From Microthyrium microscopicum (lineage: Eukaryota), in contig MU004236.1 in assembly GCA_010405405.1 (NCBI GenBank), positions 998,070-1,062,069 on the forward strand: 64,000 nucleotides of DNA, read 5' to 3'. Position 1 is the stretch's first letter. Every line of letters begins with the position of its first letter. Both the position numbers and the translations under genes were made by a program. Below are positions 59,923 through 64,000 of this stretch, piece after piece. The notes beneath the pieces were generated by a model, which had not been told where the DNA came from, ran no database searches, and worked only from the letters and a program-made list of their open reading frames with translations.

Positions 59923-62786
59923 GATGATGGATAAGATTTGTAAAAGATGTCACTGCTACTAGTTTGTTGGATTCCCTATTCTCGAGATCAGTGGCGAACT
60001 TCACCAAGTTATAATCATATCATACCTCTAGACACCCTCAATCCGTGCGGATCCAATACAAAGTCCGAGTTGAATGCAATATATCGACCGAAAGGGGACG
60101 GCCGAGCAGATAATGCAATATCAAATTCCTGTACCATACAGAATCAAGCCAAATATTGGAAGATCATTGACCTCAATAGCCATTCGATTACGACTTTGTT
60201 AGAAAGAAGAGCCTATAGGAGCAGCGATTTATAGAAGAATTCCGTAAACGTGAAAATGGAAACCCATAACGGCAGCGCAATGGGCTGTCCATCAACTTTT
60301 GTATGCTTTTCGTTCCCAAAGCAATCACAAGGCAGCCAGCATAGACGAGAGCCCCCCCAAAATCCTCCCCCTGAACTATGCTCACCACGAATAGACAGAC
60401 AAGAATACAAGGCACACCGACACAATACGCAACGATCAGCTCGATCCGGGCGAGTGCCCAAATCAATCCCACCATCCACTCATCTGGGAGAACCAACCCA
60501 ACATTCGCCAACTGCCCACAGCATATTCTTTCGCCCGCGCCCCACCCCATTCCATGCCTTTGCCTGAACTACGCAACAACAATACCCACACCCCAAAAAC
60601 AGATTTGTGCTATAAGCAGGGGTGGATTTCACCAGTACCGGGTACGCGCAGCAGCTAGTGATTGCTCTGCCTGTCATCTATGACTTTCATGGAGCCTGGG
60701 TATGCCATTTTGCTGGGCGAAAAAAGGAGTGCACTGGCGGGTTGTTCTGGGGCCGAGCGCACAAATGCTACTCGATAGACGATCTGTTTCTCAATTTTTG
60801 CGTGAACGAGGCACCGACACGCGTGCGTGCGGTGTGCACAGGGCGAATGAAGAGGTGAGCCGGCGGTGCGTTGCCTGGAGCGCGACACAGAACCACTGCG
60901 CAGGACAAGGACCCAAAGTTCAGGCGGTGCGCACACGTGCCGGCTGTGGGGTGGGTAGGGATGCTGTTTAGCAAAAGAGAGAATTTAAGCGTTGGTGGTC
61001 TAATGCAGGAATGCGAAGCGTGTTGGGTGGTTGGTTCGAAGTGGAGGGAGAGAAAGGAGGGACTTGGTAATGTTGCCTTTGTGCTGCCATAGTCTTACGA
61101 GAGATTTGGGGCTTCAATGTCTTGGGGAGGCGGCGGCGATGAGTAGGTGTGTCACGTTGTTGCTTGAACTACTGTTGTGGTTACGGTCGGCCGGTGTCTC
61201 CGAAAAGGGGTGGGTGCCTGGGTGATGGGATAATTATGGGTGTTGGAGAGATGGTACAGACGGCTGCGCGCATGGCGGTGGTTGAAAAGAGACGAGAACT
61301 GATGGAGGCTAGGGTCCTTCACGAGGCTTGGATTCGTCACTGAAGACTATATTTAAGATTGAGAGTGGGTTGAGGCAGCTGGGCTGGATGAAGTATTGCC
61401 AGTCAAAGTCGATATGTTCGTTGCACAGGCCCATGATGGCGAAGATCTAGCAATTAGGTCGGAATTGCCTCTCTGTAGCTGCATTGAATCTCCACGTTGA
61501 ACTTGGTCTAAGCTGACGAACTGTCGTTGAACGTTGTGTGGCTTCTACATCCTTTGTTCTTTGCATGACAGGCTATGGCAGCCGTTCATGTGTACCTCTC
61601 TTGTAAGGCTCAAGCAGGACTTGAAGTGTGGAGGACAGTCCCAGAACTAAGAGTACGCTTAATGGTAAGGCAGACACAAAGTAAGACTCTTCGAGTATGT
61701 CGGGAGATATAATTTGAAATAGCTCAATGCTAATTGACCGACTTTTGCGGCGATATTACCCAAAATAGAAGGGTTCACAAGCACAATGTCTCGATATCGA
61801 TCCAAGTTCTAATCCTGTTACTTGGCTCTTGGGTGATCTTACAGGTCGTACGATGCTCGTACAGTGAATACTGATTCGTCTGGCTTGATTTCCAAGGGAA
61901 GGGATTGGAATAATCAAGTCAAACCAACACTGCAGTACTGCTCACCAACCTTCGGTGATATTGCCCATTTAGTCCTATGATCCTCAAAATCATATTCTCT
62001 AGACTCCTGTACTCTACCTGAAAACACCAAAAAATCAATGGAAGCGAGCCGTCCCGATGGAGTCTAAGGCTGTGACAGTGATGTGCATTTCATAGGCAGA
62101 CCATTAGACCCTATAGGACCTAACAAAGTAGCGCCGGTGACCAACATCAATACCTGCAAACCATTATCACATAAATAGCAGTGTTGTACAAGTTAGACGG
62201 TCAGCTTTTACGCTAAGTTTGTCGCACAGCATCTACAGAATACGGCTGACCCCATCAGCACCAGTCTACATTATTAGGTTCTATATTCCGATTCAGCAAG
62301 TTCCCGATATGCACAAGGTAAGTAACTCGCATTCGCATCTCAAGCCCACCCTTGATACATTATATGTGTTATGTTAGTCATATGCTGCGGTGAGTTTAAA
62401 AGATCGAGGTAAGCTCAGGTGGCTCGGCTTCAGCCGCAAGGGAATACAGCAGCTTAGTGCATAAACCAATGTCTGGTCACAGGGGCGGGTGATATCATAT
62501 TCTAAAATTAAGAGAACAGTATCGATTAGTTTGATTAACGAGTGAAGCGGACATGACTTCAACTTTCTGGAAACTAAGTCCTGGTCTAAATGTACAATCA
62601 AGCGATGTAGCCATAATACATTTGCAATCCAAGCTCCAAGAAAGTAAGAGAAGTTTTCGATAGACCATATACCTCTTTTTCTAATCTGCATCCATGACAT
62701 ATGCTACATGTGTGCCAGTACTACTGACTGGTAAAACCTAGAGCATCTGAAACAGATATAGGTAGTAAAAGTATGACAGCTAAAAC

Positions 62787-64000
62787 TTAACGACGTTGTG
62801 GGTTTTGAGGTTGATAAGCGTACGGTGACGTCCTTGAATTTGCGTCTCGCATCTCCGGAGCACCATTATTATCTGCACTGCGCGAATAATTCTGCCGTGC
62901 CAGAGGAGATCTACCCGCTGCCGAGCGGTGAGCTGAGGTAGACAATCGATCTCTTGGACCTGGACCGGTGGGTGAAGTGGGACTAGTAGGCATTGCTCTT
63001 TGATCATACCCATCTGGACCAAGGACAGGCGAGCTTGGCACTGTCTGAGTTGGTGAGATTTCACCGTCCTTTAATTCCTCAGCGTCATGCATAAAGGCTG
63101 TCCCTTGGTCAGTCTCAAAGTATGCACCGCCAGCAGGTCGTTGTTCGTCCTGGTGTTGATGGTAAAGACGAGCGTCCTCAGGCGACATGAAAGACTCGAT
63201 CCGCCGTGGCATGTAAACGGATTGGTTGGTCGTTGTGCCAGAAGCCACGGAATCGTATGAAGTGCGTGGATGGAGTGGAACAGAAGAAACAGCGTGATTG
63301 CGGTTCATGGTGTCTGGTAGAGTCATTCCAGAATCATTGGAATGTTGATACCAGCCACCTGGTAGTCGATCGGCGGCGGCGAAGCGACCGTCAATATTAT
63401 CGCCAGGTTGGAGCGGAACATGCGTGGTCTGGCTGTTGCCCTTTCCAGTCACCGTAGAAGGCTTGAATGTTTCCGGAACCACATTGAGATCATCTCCTTC
63501 CGCCTCTGCTTGTTCGATTGCTTGCTGTGCTGTCGTTCCATCTTCGGCTTTGCCAGCATCGGCCCGTGGACCTCCCCATGTCCTCTGCCCAGCAGTAAAT
63601 ATACCATAGACCATATAAACCCAGTTGAAAAAGGGATTGACAATGAACATGACAGGATACAGTGTGAGCTTCCAGCGGCCAAGCTTGGCACCAAAGTATA
63701 TCATCAGAAGCCAATTGAGACCGAGGGATACTCCTATGAAGCCCACGGGAAGGTTCTTGACCTTCTGAGAAGTGGTCATAATGGACACAACCATGATGAG
63801 GAAAAGTAATGCGGTCGTTCTAATGGTGTTTTGCATAAATCGGATGACGCAAAGAATTGGGTACCTTTTCCAGAGTCGAACATCAGTAAGCATACAGACT
63901 TCGTTTGTGATGAAGCCCAGGAACCATCTTCGTCGCTGCTTCAACAAACTTCGATACGACCGTACTGCTTCAGTCTTGCAAAAGGCGCCTGTATTCATCT
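62787..64000 (-). CDS. chsD: Chitin synthase, ChsD-type (class VI/VII), 3' part (5' end outside window)
   Basis: A.CKTE...SLLKQRRRWFLGFITNE, transmembrane segments, then TAGQRTWGGPRADA. Confidence 0.85.
   Translation of the reverse strand, partial: MNTGAFCKTEAVRSYRSLLKQRRRWFLGFITNEVCMLTDVRLWKRYPILCVIRFMQNTIRTTALLFLIMVVSIMTTSQKVKNLPVGFIGVSLGLNWLLMIYFGAKLGRWKLTLYPVMFIVNPFFNWVYMVYGIFTAGQRTWGGPRADAGKAEDGTTAQQAIEQAEAEGDDLNVVPETFKPSTVTGKGNSQTTHVPLQPGDNIDGRFAAADRLPGGWYQHSNDSGMTLPDTMNRNHAVSSVPLHPRTSYDSVASGTTTNQSVYMPRRIESFMSPEDARLYHQHQDEQRPAGGAYFETDQGTAFMHDAEELKDGEISPTQTVPSSPVLGPDGYDQRAMPTSPTSPTGPGPRDRLSTSAHRSAAGRSPLARQNYSRSADNNGAPEMRDANSRTSPYAYQPQNPQRR

Noticed and set aside
60188..61343. Cluster of 60-120-aa ORFs on both strands
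   Set aside because: No recognisable domains or consistent splice model; more likely promoter or leader DNA.

Overview
Filamentous ascomycete (Pezizomycotina-type) genomic DNA with spliceosomal introns. Two very AT-rich blocks (1-4821 and 20510-27856) are RIP-degraded copies of the same Ty1/Copia LTR retrotransposon in opposite orientation. The second copy is complete, with 295-bp LTRs, a CTAGT target-site duplication and a half-tRNA(iMet)-type PBS. Between the copies lies a 15.7-kb island carrying a 335-bp fold-back palindrome, PRS1, a 56-aa Cys-rich microprotein, a concentrative nucleoside transporter (CNT) and a soluble bacterial-type P450 lacking the I-helix Thr. The CNT introns and flanks are seeded with a CCATCG-N4-CGATGG palindromic element, including a 135-bp x3.3 intronic array. 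Downstream is an ordinary gene-rich region: an LsdA/ferritin-like secreted protein, a DUR3 urea transporter, a Ser/Pro-rich hypothetical, a ferric reductase, a Ca2+/H+ antiporter, an isochorismatase-family hydrolase, a NuSAP-like basic protein, the SPF1 P5A-ATPase, a helical-N-terminus/ankyrin protein, PEP7/Vac1, a short Zn2Cys6 factor and the 3' end of a ChsD-type chitin synthase. The most interesting signals are the CNT-associated palindromic micro-element and the atypical P450. All calls come from manual reading; no database searches were run.
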